Source: an uncultured Slackia sp. (GTDB taxonomy: Bacteria > Actinomycetota > Coriobacteriia > Coriobacteriales > Eggerthellaceae). From it: DNA of 39,584 bases. Position 1 is the first letter of the stretch. Every line of letters begins with the position of its first letter. Shown one piece after another: positions 28,609 to 37,003 of this stretch. Where the stretch lies: contig CAZLKG010000001.1 of the NCBI GenBank assembly GCA_964560045.1, forward strand, positions 619 through 40,202. The letters are read 5' to 3'. The translations under genes were made by a program, and so were the position numbers. A model generated the notes under the pieces. It was not told where the DNA came from. It saw only the letters and a list, made by a program, of their open reading frames with translations, and searched no databases.

Positions 28609-28960
28609 GTGGCTACTCCTTCACAACACGTCATATCTGCATTCCCTACGCAAAGCGGTGAGAGAGCATTATAAGCCGCATCGTTTTGTACAACTATGCG
28701 ACCCAATAAAATCAAAGGAGGGATTCTGTTTTGCGGCACACAACCACCACAACTTCGCTTGATTCCCAGACGAATATGAAGCGAACTCCACACGAAGCCC
28801 TCGTTTGCCCCCGATACCTGCTGCCATGCTACCATGCGCTCCATTGCTCAGACACAAAGACCACCGCTGCCAAAGCCAACGTGATAAATCTCTGCCCCAC
28901 GGCAACACATGAGCTACAGGCTACGCAGCAACGCATGAGCTACGGAAGAGAGGATCACTT

Positions 28961-30385
28961 ATGGAACACCCGAACGCATGGAACTCCTATGACGCGGAAG
29001 CGCTGGAAGAACTCGAGTCCTTTGCCGCCGATTACCGCCACTTCATCAGCAAGAACAAAACCGAACGCGAATGTGTATCCACCGCCATATCCATGGCGCG
29101 CGCATCCGGATATATCTCAATTGATGAAGCCCGTGCCTTTGGCAACACGCTTAAAGCGGGCGACAAGGTATATGCCGAAAGCTACGGAAAGAGCGTCGTT
29201 TTAGCACACATCGGTTCGCGCCCCTTGGAGGACGGTCTAAACATCTTAGGAGCTCATGTTGACAGCCCGCGCTTGGATATCAAACAGAACCCCCTCTATG
29301 AGTCGGGTGATCTAGCTCTACTCGACACACACTACTACGGCGGTGTCAAAAAATACCAGTGGGTCACGCTGCCACTTGCCATCCATGGAGTGATAGCCAA
29401 GAAAGATGGTGTGGTGGAACAGGTAAACGTGGGCGAAGATGAGGGCGATCCTGTGTTCTGTGTCACCGACCTGCTGATCCATCTTGCCGGTGAACAGATG
29501 CAGAAAAAAGCCTCTGAGGTGGTTGAGGGAGAGGCGCTTGATGTGCTGGCCGGAGGCCGCCCTATGAAAAAGGCCGAGGACACATCAGAGGATGAAAAGA
29601 CCGAGCTGGAAAAGCTCGCCGACAAAGAACCCGTCAAGGCACTTCTGCTTTCCAAACTTACCGAAAAGTACTCTATGGAAGAAGCCGATTTTTTGTCTTC
29701 GGAGCTGGAAGTGGTGCCCGCCGGTCCGGCACGCGACTGCGGCTTTGACGCATCGATGATTTTGGGATACGGCCACGATGATCGCGTGTGCGCCTACCCC
29801 AGCCTGGTGGCTCAACTTCAAGCGCAGGATTTGGAGAAGACCGGTGTCTGCATCCTCGTGGATAAAGAGGAGATCGGCAGCGTCGGTGCCACGGGCATGA
29901 CCTCGATGTTTTTTGAGAACACCATCGCTGAGATTATGGATCTCGCTGGACAGGCGGGAGATTTGGCGCTGAGGCGCTGCCTTGCCAACTCCAGCATGCT
30001 TTCCAGCGACGTGAGCGCCGGATTCGACCCCTCATACGCAAGCGTCTTTGAAACCAAGAACGCAGCGTATCTGGGACGAGGCGTGGTGTTTAACAAGTTC
30101 ACCGGCAGCCGTGGCAAAAGCGGGAGCAACGACGCAAACGCCGAATACATGGCAAAGATTCGCGCCATCATGGAAAAGGGTAATGCTGCCTTTCAGACCG
30201 CTGAGCTTGGCAAGGTGGATATAGGCGGCGGTGGTACCATCGCCTATATCCTGGCCAAATACGGAATGAACGTAATCGATTGTGGCGTGGCGGTGTTAAG
30301 CATGCACGCCCCGTGGGAGGTCATCAACAAAGCTGACCTTTACGAGGTACTAAAAGCCTACCGCGCGTTTTTGAAGTGGGCCTAA
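28961..30385 (+). CDS. M18 family aminopeptidase (ApeA-like)
   Basis: KTERE, AHVDSPRLD, THYYGG.KKYQW, HDDRVC, DKEEIGS, SDV, GGGGTI, SMHAPWE. Confidence 0.93.
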   Translation: MEHPNAWNSYDAEALEELESFAADYRHFISKNKTERECVSTAISMARASGYISIDEARAFGNTLKAGDKVYAESYGKSVVLAHIGSRPLEDGLNILGAHVDSPRLDIKQNPLYESGDLALLDTHYYGGVKKYQWVTLPLAIHGVIAKKDGVVEQVNVGEDEGDPVFCVTDLLIHLAGEQMQKKASEVVEGEALDVLAGGRPMKKAEDTSEDEKTELEKLADKEPVKALLLSKLTEKYSMEEADFLSSELEVVPAGPARDCGFDASMILGYGHDDRVCAYPSLVAQLQAQDLEKTGVCILVDKEEIGSVGATGMTSMFFENTIAEIMDLAGQAGDLALRRCLANSSMLSSDVSAGFDPSYASVFETKNAAYLGRGVVFNKFTGSRGKSGSNDANAEYMAKIRAIMEKGNAAFQTAELGKVDIGGGGTIAYILAKYGMNVIDCGVAVLSMHAPWEVINKADLYEVLKAYRAFLKWA

Positions 30386-30499
30386 GGCACAAACCTACAG
30401 GTTTGTGTGAGAGATCCGCAAAACCACGCCTGTCGATATGAACCTACGAACATGAAGAAACAAGGAGCTGTGGAGAAAACCCAGAAAGGCCCTCATCAC

Positions 30500-31252
30500 A
30501 TGACAGATCGTATTGAGGGCAAACGCCCTGTTATTGAGGCCTTGCGCACCGGCGTGCCGCTAAAAAGCCTGCTTTTGGCCGACAACGTGCATCAAGACGG
30601 CCAGGTTAAAGATATCCTACGCAAGGCACACCAGCGTAACGTCGAGGTAAAAACGGTTTCGCGCAAAGCGCTTGACAGATTGAGTGAGCGAGGCAGCCAT
30701 CAGGGAGTGATAGCAGAATCTCTCCCGTTTTCCTACGCAAACATAACTGACATCATCACTGATGCCAACAAGCGCGCTGAGGAAGAAGGGGCAGCCCTTG
30801 TTGTGGTGCTCGATCATCTGACCGACGCAGGCAACCTCGGTGCCATCGCCCGTTCGGCTGAATTCGTTGGCGCAAGCGGCCTCGTGATTCCCAACAAGCG
30901 CTCCGCGCGCGTGAGTGCCGCTACCTACAAAAGCTCATCGGGTGCAGTCAACCATATCAAAATCGCTCAGGTGGCAAATCTCGCCTCCGTGATGAGGCAG
31001 CTGAAAAAAGAGGGCTTTTGGATCGTCGGTGCAAGTGAGCATGCGCAACACAGCGTGTGGGAGGTACCGCTGTACGGCAGAATCGCGTTGACTATGGGCA
31101 ATGAAGCCGAAGGGCTTTCTCGTCTTACGATGGAAGAGTGTGACTTTTTAGCAAGGCTTCCCCGGAAAGGCAAAGTAGACTCACTCAACGTGGCCCAAGC
31201 CGCCACCGCCATCATGTATGAATGGATGCGCCAATGCACGGAGAGGGCCTAA
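30500..31252 (+). CDS. rlmB: 23S rRNA (guanosine-2251-2'-O)-methyltransferase
   Basis: IEGKRPVIEAL, HQGV, LDHLTD.GNLGAI.RSA, MGNEAEG, SLNVAQA SpoU motifs. Confidence 0.92.
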   Translation: MTDRIEGKRPVIEALRTGVPLKSLLLADNVHQDGQVKDILRKAHQRNVEVKTVSRKALDRLSERGSHQGVIAESLPFSYANITDIITDANKRAEEEGAALVVVLDHLTDAGNLGAIARSAEFVGASGLVIPNKRSARVSAATYKSSSGAVNHIKIAQVANLASVMRQLKKEGFWIVGASEHAQHSVWEVPLYGRIALTMGNEAEGLSRLTMEECDFLARLPRKGKVDSLNVAQAATAIMYEWMRQCTERA

Positions 31253-31319
31253 GAGGAACAAGATTTTGCCTTTAAGAGATCGGGGATACCCATGAGCATC
31301 CATGAGAGGGACAAACGCT

Positions 31320-31883
31320 GTGGCAAATCAGAGAAAAAGACTCCTTTTGATTGATGGGTACAACGTCTTGCGCAGCGGAACACGCTACCGTGAACTGAAA
31401 GAGCGCGGATCAGAGGCAGGCCCCAACCCCGATTATGACAACGACGCATTTAACCGCGCGCGCGAGGCTCTGATAAACGACGTGGTGGCCTATGCCGGTC
31501 ACGATTTTGATGCTGTGATCGTATTCGATGCCGCTGGCAACACACACTCTGAGGGCACCTCAGAGCGAATTGCGGGGGTTCGCATCGTCTTTTCCCGAGC
31601 GGGAGATTCCGCCGACAAGATTATCGAAAGGATGGCGTGGGACGCTCGCGAGCGCGGTGTGGAGACCCTCGTGGTCACAAGCGATGCCTCCATCCAAAAC
31701 ACAGTGTTTGGCGGAGGTGTGGATCGCATGAGCGCAAACGACTTCAGCCGAGCAGTCAATCTCTATGCCCATGAGTCGCGCATGGACACCTCTCCTGAAA
31801 CGTCCGTGAAAAACACCGTGGCAGAGCGAATCGATTTCTCAACGCGCGCAAAACTCACCGCACTGCGCGACTCCCTGCGCTGA
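31320..31883 (+). CDS. NYN-domain ribonuclease (YacP/Rae1-like)
   Basis: LLIDGYN, IVFDA, VFS...SAD..IE, VVTSD; follows rlmB. Confidence 0.88.
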   Translation: MANQRKRLLLIDGYNVLRSGTRYRELKERGSEAGPNPDYDNDAFNRAREALINDVVAYAGHDFDAVIVFDAAGNTHSEGTSERIAGVRIVFSRAGDSADKIIERMAWDARERGVETLVVTSDASIQNTVFGGGVDRMSANDFSRAVNLYAHESRMDTSPETSVKNTVAERIDFSTRAKLTALRDSLR

Positions 31884-31961
31884 TCGAAGCCGTCCGCCAA
31901 GGAAGAAGCAGGAATCTTATACAGGACAAAGGCACAGTGGCAGACTGGCCTTTCGCACACT

Positions 31962-32022
31962 AAGGCGAAAAGCTCGGAGGTCTTTGTTGTAAAGACCTCC
32001 GCAGCACACCTTTTCGCCTTTT
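31962..32022. terminator. Compound stem-loop/bidirectional terminator between convergent genes
   Basis: Outer AAGGCGAAAAG/CTTTTCGCCTT and inner CGGAGGTCTTT/AAAGACCTCCG stems. Confidence 0.75.
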
Positions 32023-32088
32023 CATCTTTTCGTCAGGCATCCTAAACGTGGGCAAAGCCCCTTGTGGTACCTCTTTTCGCCCAGCATC

Positions 32089-34167
32089 CTAAATGTAGTG
32101 CTTCGTGTTAGCCAACGAAAGGCCCACGGTACTTGCGTTGTGCAGAAACGAGGACGTCTGAGGTGTGATGACACCCCCGATTCCCAGCGCAAGAAGCAGG
32201 GAGTTGATGGAGATGACCGTACGATACGACCCGGTCATACGCCGCACAAGTCCGCTGCTCAAACGGCGCAGGACGACAAGTGAGGCGAGATCAGTACCGG
32301 AAAGCACGATGTCGCCTGCATCTTTGGCAATATCGGATCCCTGGCCCATGGCCACACCCACATCAGCAATCGAGAGAGCGGGAGAATCGTTCACGCCATC
32401 CCCCACCATGGCAACACGCCTGCCCTGCGCTTTAAGCGATTCAAGATAGGCGTATTTGTCTTCGGGGAGCATATCGGCTCGCCATTCGTCGATACCAACC
32501 TCGGCAGCAATGCGCGAGGCTGCGCGCGGGGAATCACCCGTGAGCATGATCACGCGCTTAACCCCAAGCTCTTTGAGCTGGGCGATTGTTGCAGCGGCGT
32601 TAGACTTAATGGGATCCTGGATGCCCAACACGCCTACTACCTGACCGTCTACAGCAAGATAGAGAGGTGAAAGTCCTTCGAAATCCTCTTCAGACTTCGA
32701 GAAGACTTCTTCATTGAACTCCGCCGCCTCATCTCCAAGCACGAAGTGACGCGATCCTATGACTACGCGCTTGCCATCAAGCGATGAGGCGATACCGTGA
32801 GCTACGATGTATTCGACGGACGCATGACGCTCACGATGACTGAGACCCCTCTCTTGGGCTGCGCGCACCACAGCGCGGGCAACGGGATGAGGAAAATGCT
32901 CTTCGAGACATGCCGAAAAGCGCAGCACTTCCCGCTCAGGCCAACCGTTGAGCGCCGCTATCTTCACGAGCTTGGGTACTGCTTCGGTAAGTGTACCGGT
33001 CTTGTCAAACACAATGGTGTCGGCTTCGGCAAACGCCTCGAAGTACTTAGCTCCTTTTACTACGATGCCCGCTTTGGCGGCGTTGCTCATGGCGGTCATG
33101 ACGGCGATGGATCCGGTGAGCTTGAAGGCGCAGGAGTAGTCCACCATGAGCGCAGCTGAGGTCTTTTGCAAGTTGCGCGTGGTCAGAGCTATGATGCCGG
33201 CAAGAAGAAAATTCCACGGCACAATGCGGTCAGCCGCTCTCTCCATGCGCGATTGGGTTTCGGATTTCAGATCGTCAGCCTTTTTCACCAGTGACACGAT
33301 GGAACGCAGTTTGGTCTCGCTGGTGTTTGCGCGCACGCGCACCAAGATATCGCCCTCCTCCACCACGGTTCCGGCGAACACGTCATCACCCACTGTGCGC
33401 TCCACGGCAAGGGGCTCACCGGTGAGCGTAGCCTGGTTCACCATCGCGGTACCGCTCACCACTACACCATCAACGCAGATGGAAGAACCCGTGCGTACCG
33501 CTACGAGATCGCCTTGGACAAGGCTTGACGCCGGTACCGCAATCTCGGTGTTACCTTCGACCTTTTGGGCTTTGTCGGCAACGTTCAAAAGGGAACTGAT
33601 GAGCTCGTTTTCGGAGGCAGCACGCGTGTAGTCCTCAAGCGCCTCACCTACCTTCAAAAGAAACATGGTCTGCCCGGCGGTTTTGGGATCGCGCTTGACA
33701 AATGAGATGCCGATAGCGGCGGCATCAAGCACAGCAACGCTCAGATGTCTGCGACGGATGGCCTGCCAGGCAACTTTGAGGAAGGGAAGATATGTGTAGA
33801 GGGCAAGCAGCGTGCGAACGAAGGTGGGTAAAAAGCAGCGGCGGATGACATAGGAACCCACAAGGCGCGCAAGCCTCAGTATGAGGGCATGAGTGCGCGG
33901 CGCAAGAGCCATGGCGTATCCGGCCTTGGCCTGATCAATGTCGGTGCGATCGATACCTCTGAGATGGGCGAGTACACGATTGCGCCCTTTACATCCTCCG
34001 GAGTATTCGACCGCCATCTGCCCGATGCGTCCGTAAACTTGAACTTTGGTCACATCGGAGCAGGAGCTAACCACCTTGATGAGCGCGTCAAGATCGGAAT
34101 CGGGCACGACACCCGCCAGCTTTACGCGAAGGCGACCGGGTATTTCATGATGGATTGCGTACTCCAT
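32089..34167 (-). CDS. Heavy-metal translocating P1B-type ATPase, SCA motif (P1B-6-like)
   Basis: LTGEP, VDYSCA, DKTGTLT, HFPHP, MLTGD, GDGVNDSPAL, HNAST; N-terminal H..PGRLR domain. Confidence 0.93.
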   Translation of the reverse strand: MEYAIHHEIPGRLRVKLAGVVPDSDLDALIKVVSSCSDVTKVQVYGRIGQMAVEYSGGCKGRNRVLAHLRGIDRTDIDQAKAGYAMALAPRTHALILRLARLVGSYVIRRCFLPTFVRTLLALYTYLPFLKVAWQAIRRRHLSVAVLDAAAIGISFVKRDPKTAGQTMFLLKVGEALEDYTRAASENELISSLLNVADKAQKVEGNTEIAVPASSLVQGDLVAVRTGSSICVDGVVVSGTAMVNQATLTGEPLAVERTVGDDVFAGTVVEEGDILVRVRANTSETKLRSIVSLVKKADDLKSETQSRMERAADRIVPWNFLLAGIIALTTRNLQKTSAALMVDYSCAFKLTGSIAVMTAMSNAAKAGIVVKGAKYFEAFAEADTIVFDKTGTLTEAVPKLVKIAALNGWPEREVLRFSACLEEHFPHPVARAVVRAAQERGLSHRERHASVEYIVAHGIASSLDGKRVVIGSRHFVLGDEAAEFNEEVFSKSEEDFEGLSPLYLAVDGQVVGVLGIQDPIKSNAAATIAQLKELGVKRVIMLTGDSPRAASRIAAEVGIDEWRADMLPEDKYAYLESLKAQGRRVAMVGDGVNDSPALSIADVGVAMGQGSDIAKDAGDIVLSGTDLASLVVLRRLSSGLVRRMTGSYRTVISINSLLLALGIGGVITPQTSSFLHNASTVGLSLANTKHYI

Positions 34168-34186
34168 GCAGATTGCCTGGCGCTTC

Positions 34187-34465
34187 CTACGCAGTAACAG
34201 AAGTATCGTCTGAGGACTCTTGCGCAGACTCCCCGGCATCCTCAGAAGGTCTGGTGGCATTGAGATAGGCAGCCTCGGCCACAATGTCATCAACCTCGGC
34301 CTTTGCCTGCTCTATGATTTGCTCATAGCCCTGCCTCACGCGCAGCGCGCCGGCAACACCGCGCACGTAGCATTTCTTAGCCGTCTGGCTCGTGAGGGCC
34401 TTCATGCCGGCAGTTCCCAAGAGGAATCCGGCACCAACAAGAAGCGTTCCTATTTTGGCGTTCAT
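34187..34465 (-). CDS. Small accessory protein of P1B ATPase operon (DUF1490/DUF6110-like)
   Basis: GFLLGTAG.K.L....AKK.Y..., AKAEVDDIVAEA pattern; AAGGAG RBS; 19 bp upstream of the ATPase. Confidence 0.7.
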   Translation of the reverse strand: MNAKIGTLLVGAGFLLGTAGMKALTSQTAKKCYVRGVAGALRVRQGYEQIIEQAKAEVDDIVAEAAYLNATRPSEDAGESAQESSDDTSVTA

Positions 34466-34531
34466 GATTGTCTCCTTAACTCCTGTGACCGTTTGCACTC
34501 TCGGCTACGGAGATAAAAGTGGCTTTTTCTG

Positions 34532-34578
34532 GCGAACCCTGTCCGGTGAACCTTATCCGATGAACCTTGCCTGTGAAC
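34532..34578. repeat. 14-bp imperfect tandem repeat, three copies plus a partial
   Basis: GCGAACCCTGTCCG / GTGAACCTTATCCG / ATGAACCTTGCCTG / TGAAC. Confidence 0.65.
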
Positions 34579-34667
34579 GGACAAAATGGTTTTGCATCGC
34601 ATTGGACAGACAGCTCCCGCGCAGATCCAAAGCGCCAATTCTCCTTTTTAGCGAGAGACTGGAACAG

Positions 34668-34676
34668 TGCTACAAT
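34668..34676 (+). promoter_or_regulatory. Extended -10 promoter for HMA gene
   Basis: TGcTACAAT about 100 bp upstream of ATG at 34774. Confidence 0.5.
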
Positions 34677-34773
34677 ACCGCAGGATCAACGAATACAGCC
34701 GTCCAAAAACACAAAGTCACCGGAAAATGAGAGCGCGCACGTGCGTGCTCAGTCATGTGAGGAGGAATGTTGT

Positions 34774-35187
34774 ATGTCGGATATGGGAATCAACGCTCAG
34801 ACCATCATTGTACTCGCCGTCATTGCGGTGTTGTTTGTTTTCGCTCTCAAGCATGCCGTCAATGTGTTCGGCGGAAAAACGTCGTCCTGTCATGGCGGCG
34901 GGGGCACAGCAAGGGGTAAGCGGATCAAGGCTGTCACCGTCGAGGATACCGACGAATCGCACTATCCGTATCGCACTGAACTCACGGTTGGCGGCATGAC
35001 CTGCGATCATTGTCGTCAAACCGTCGAACACTCAATAAACGCCATCCCAGGGGTGTGGGCACGCATCGATCTCGATTCGCGCAAGGCCGTAGTTTTGAGC
35101 AAAAATCCCATTGAGCAAAACGCTGTGGAATCCGCTGTTGAAGATGCCGGCTATTACGTAATTCGACAGCCCACACAGCCCGCTTAG
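34774..35187 (+). CDS. Membrane-anchored heavy-metal-associated (HMA) domain protein
   Basis: GGAGG RBS; N-terminal TM helix, SSCHGGGG linker, GMTCDHC motif, AVEDAGY. Confidence 0.85.
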   Translation: MSDMGINAQTIIVLAVIAVLFVFALKHAVNVFGGKTSSCHGGGGTARGKRIKAVTVEDTDESHYPYRTELTVGGMTCDHCRQTVEHSINAIPGVWARIDLDSRKAVVLSKNPIEQNAVESAVEDAGYYVIRQPTQPA

Positions 35188-35198
35188 AGGCTGCACGC

Positions 35199-35230
35199 AA
35201 AGAGGCGAAGTCGCTTGACTTCGCCTCTTT
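35199..35230. terminator. Bidirectional intrinsic terminator
   Basis: AAAGAGGCGAAGTC-gctt-GACTTCGCCTCTTT perfect 14-bp stem between convergent genes. Confidence 0.85.
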
Positions 35231-35303
35231 CTGGTTTAGCTATCGTGCGTTTGCTTATCGCGCCTTATAAGAAAACAAAGGCCGATATGCGTGACAGAAA
35301 CCT

Positions 35304-36071
35304 CTAAGCATTGTCCTTTTGTGCTTCGACAAGGTTTTTGCCGGAGGCAATCTCCTTGCGCGCCCAATGCCCCCAGTGGTACAGAGCATCGGACTCGGAC
35401 ACGGTGCCGTCGCCGAACATAATGCGCAGGGTGCCCCGGTAGGGCTGGAAGATACCCGCGCCAAGGAAGATATGGGCCAGACCAAAAACCGCAATGATGA
35501 AAAATCCGATGTCATGCATGAGCAAAAACACGCTGTAGATATTGCCGGGCATGTCAAATACCGTTGATCCCAACAACATGGACACACCCGATACACCCAT
35601 CACAACACAGGCAAGCCACAGCATACCGTCGGCGAAGCGCTGACCGCTTTTAACCTCGCTCTGATCAGGCATATGCAGATGCTTTGCCATAAAGAGGTAA
35701 GGCATAAACAGGGCCATCCATTTTTTGTCATCGGAGTCCCATTTAGCAAAGAGGTTCTTGAAGATGTGCATCACGCCCTTGGGTGCCAGAATCGCGCTGG
35801 CAAGCGGGAAGAGCACGAAGAGCATGCCGATTACGCGGTGTGCCATTCTAAAGGTAAACACCACTTGTGCAGGAAGCATTGCTGTGGGCGCCGGTACAAA
35901 TACAAACAGGCCGCTTAGGGTAAGCAACAAAACGCAGATAAAATTAACAGCGTGAGTGATACGAGCCTGAAATGATTTGCGCTTAATGCGGATTTCCTTG
36001 CCCTCATGCTCTTTTAACAACGCCTCATTGGAGATGTTTTGTGCGGAGGTCACGTTTGCAGAATTATTCAT
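35304..36071 (-). CDS. fdnI: Formate dehydrogenase cytochrome b (gamma) subunit
   Basis: Four TM helices with His ligands (RITHA, AHRVIG, LMHD, LAHIF), KSGQR, MFGDG.V; start overlaps beta-subunit stop. Confidence 0.82.
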   Translation of the reverse strand: MNNSANVTSAQNISNEALLKEHEGKEIRIKRKSFQARITHAVNFICVLLLTLSGLFVFVPAPTAMLPAQVVFTFRMAHRVIGMLFVLFPLASAILAPKGVMHIFKNLFAKWDSDDKKWMALFMPYLFMAKHLHMPDQSEVKSGQRFADGMLWLACVVMGVSGVSMLLGSTVFDMPGNIYSVFLLMHDIGFFIIAVFGLAHIFLGAGIFQPYRGTLRIMFGDGTVSESDALYHWGHWARKEIASGKNLVEAQKDNA

Positions 36072-36990
36072 GATGGCCTCCCTTAAATCCCTCAACTGCT
36101 TCTTGCAAGTGCTCGACAAGCGATTCTTCATCCTGTCCGTCACCGTGCTTGACTACCTCACCGGTATTAATATCAAGCGTGTCTTCGGTTTCGGGATTAT
36201 AGGCAAGCGTTCTGCGCTTGTAGCCTGCGGCGAGCGCTGCCATAGCAGCAAAGCCAACCACTGCGACACCGGTAACCACGCCGGTAACGGGCTTCATGAT
36301 GTTGGTAAGTGTTGTCACAGGGCTGACCTGCGGATTTTCTACATACCCGTGAGGGTCAACACCGTATTTCAAAACCGAGATCACATGAAGACCGCTCATT
36401 TCATCAGCGCCATAGATGCATGCGTCCTCATAGCCATTATCCTTGAGACGCTGTAGCTGCTCTTCGGCTATCGCAAGCATTTCGTCGCGATCCCCAAAGC
36501 GAAGGGCCTCCGGCTGGCAGGTTGTGACGCAGGCAGGGGCGAGTCCGTGCTCAATGCGATCAGAGCATCCCGTGCACTTGTTGACGACACCTTGGATGCC
36601 ATCGTAGCGCGGTACGTCGAAGGGGCAGGCCGTTGAACAGTACTGGCAGGCGATGCACTTATCCTGGTTGACCTCAACCATGCCGCTATCTTCGTTTCTT
36701 ACCAGACAGCCTGCCGGACACACCGAGGCACAGGGAGCATCGGTGCAGTGCTGACAGGAGCGCCGCCCGATCGCCCACATAACACCCTTCGAGCCCCCCT
36801 CGTGCTCCTCAAAGGTCACCACGAGGCGAGTGTGGCCGTTCAAGTCCGCCGGGTTTTGATAGGTGCCCGAAAATACATTTTCGTTGAGACCGATAGGTGA
36901 GGGTAAATCGTTCCAGCACTTACAGGCAACCTGGCAACCCTTACAGCCCGTACAGCGGGATGTGTCAAAAAGAATTGCTTTTTCGCTCAT
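36064..36990 (-). CDS. fdnH: Formate dehydrogenase iron-sulfur (beta) subunit
   Basis: CTGCKGCQVAC, CQHCTDAPCASVCP, CIACQYCSTACPF, KCTGC...PACVTTC; C-terminal TM anchor. Confidence 0.9.
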   Translation of the reverse strand: MSEKAILFDTSRCTGCKGCQVACKCWNDLPSPIGLNENVFSGTYQNPADLNGHTRLVVTFEEHEGGSKGVMWAIGRRSCQHCTDAPCASVCPAGCLVRNEDSGMVEVNQDKCIACQYCSTACPFDVPRYDGIQGVVNKCTGCSDRIEHGLAPACVTTCQPEALRFGDRDEMLAIAEEQLQRLKDNGYEDACIYGADEMSGLHVISVLKYGVDPHGYVENPQVSPVTTLTNIMKPVTGVVTGVAVVGFAAMAALAAGYKRRTLAYNPETEDTLDINTGEVVKHGDGQDEESLVEHLQEAVEGFKGGHHE

Positions 36991-37003
36991 TGAGTACACC
37001 CCC

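Noticed and set aside
28609-28960. Purine riboswitch upstream of guaB; ORF 28731-29204
   Set aside because: No purine aptamer consensus visible; the ORF overlaps the aminopeptidase out of frame and lacks motifs
34532-34578. CRISPR-like array
   Set aside because: Units are 14 bp, contiguous, without spacers, and no cas genes are present
5651-36143. N-terminal extensions in the ORF track (e.g. starts at 5677, 7038, 14201, 19051, 24332, 30407, 34293, 34567, 36143)
   Set aside because: Downstream starts mostly have better RBS and fit family N-termini; several extensions overlap neighbours or promoters
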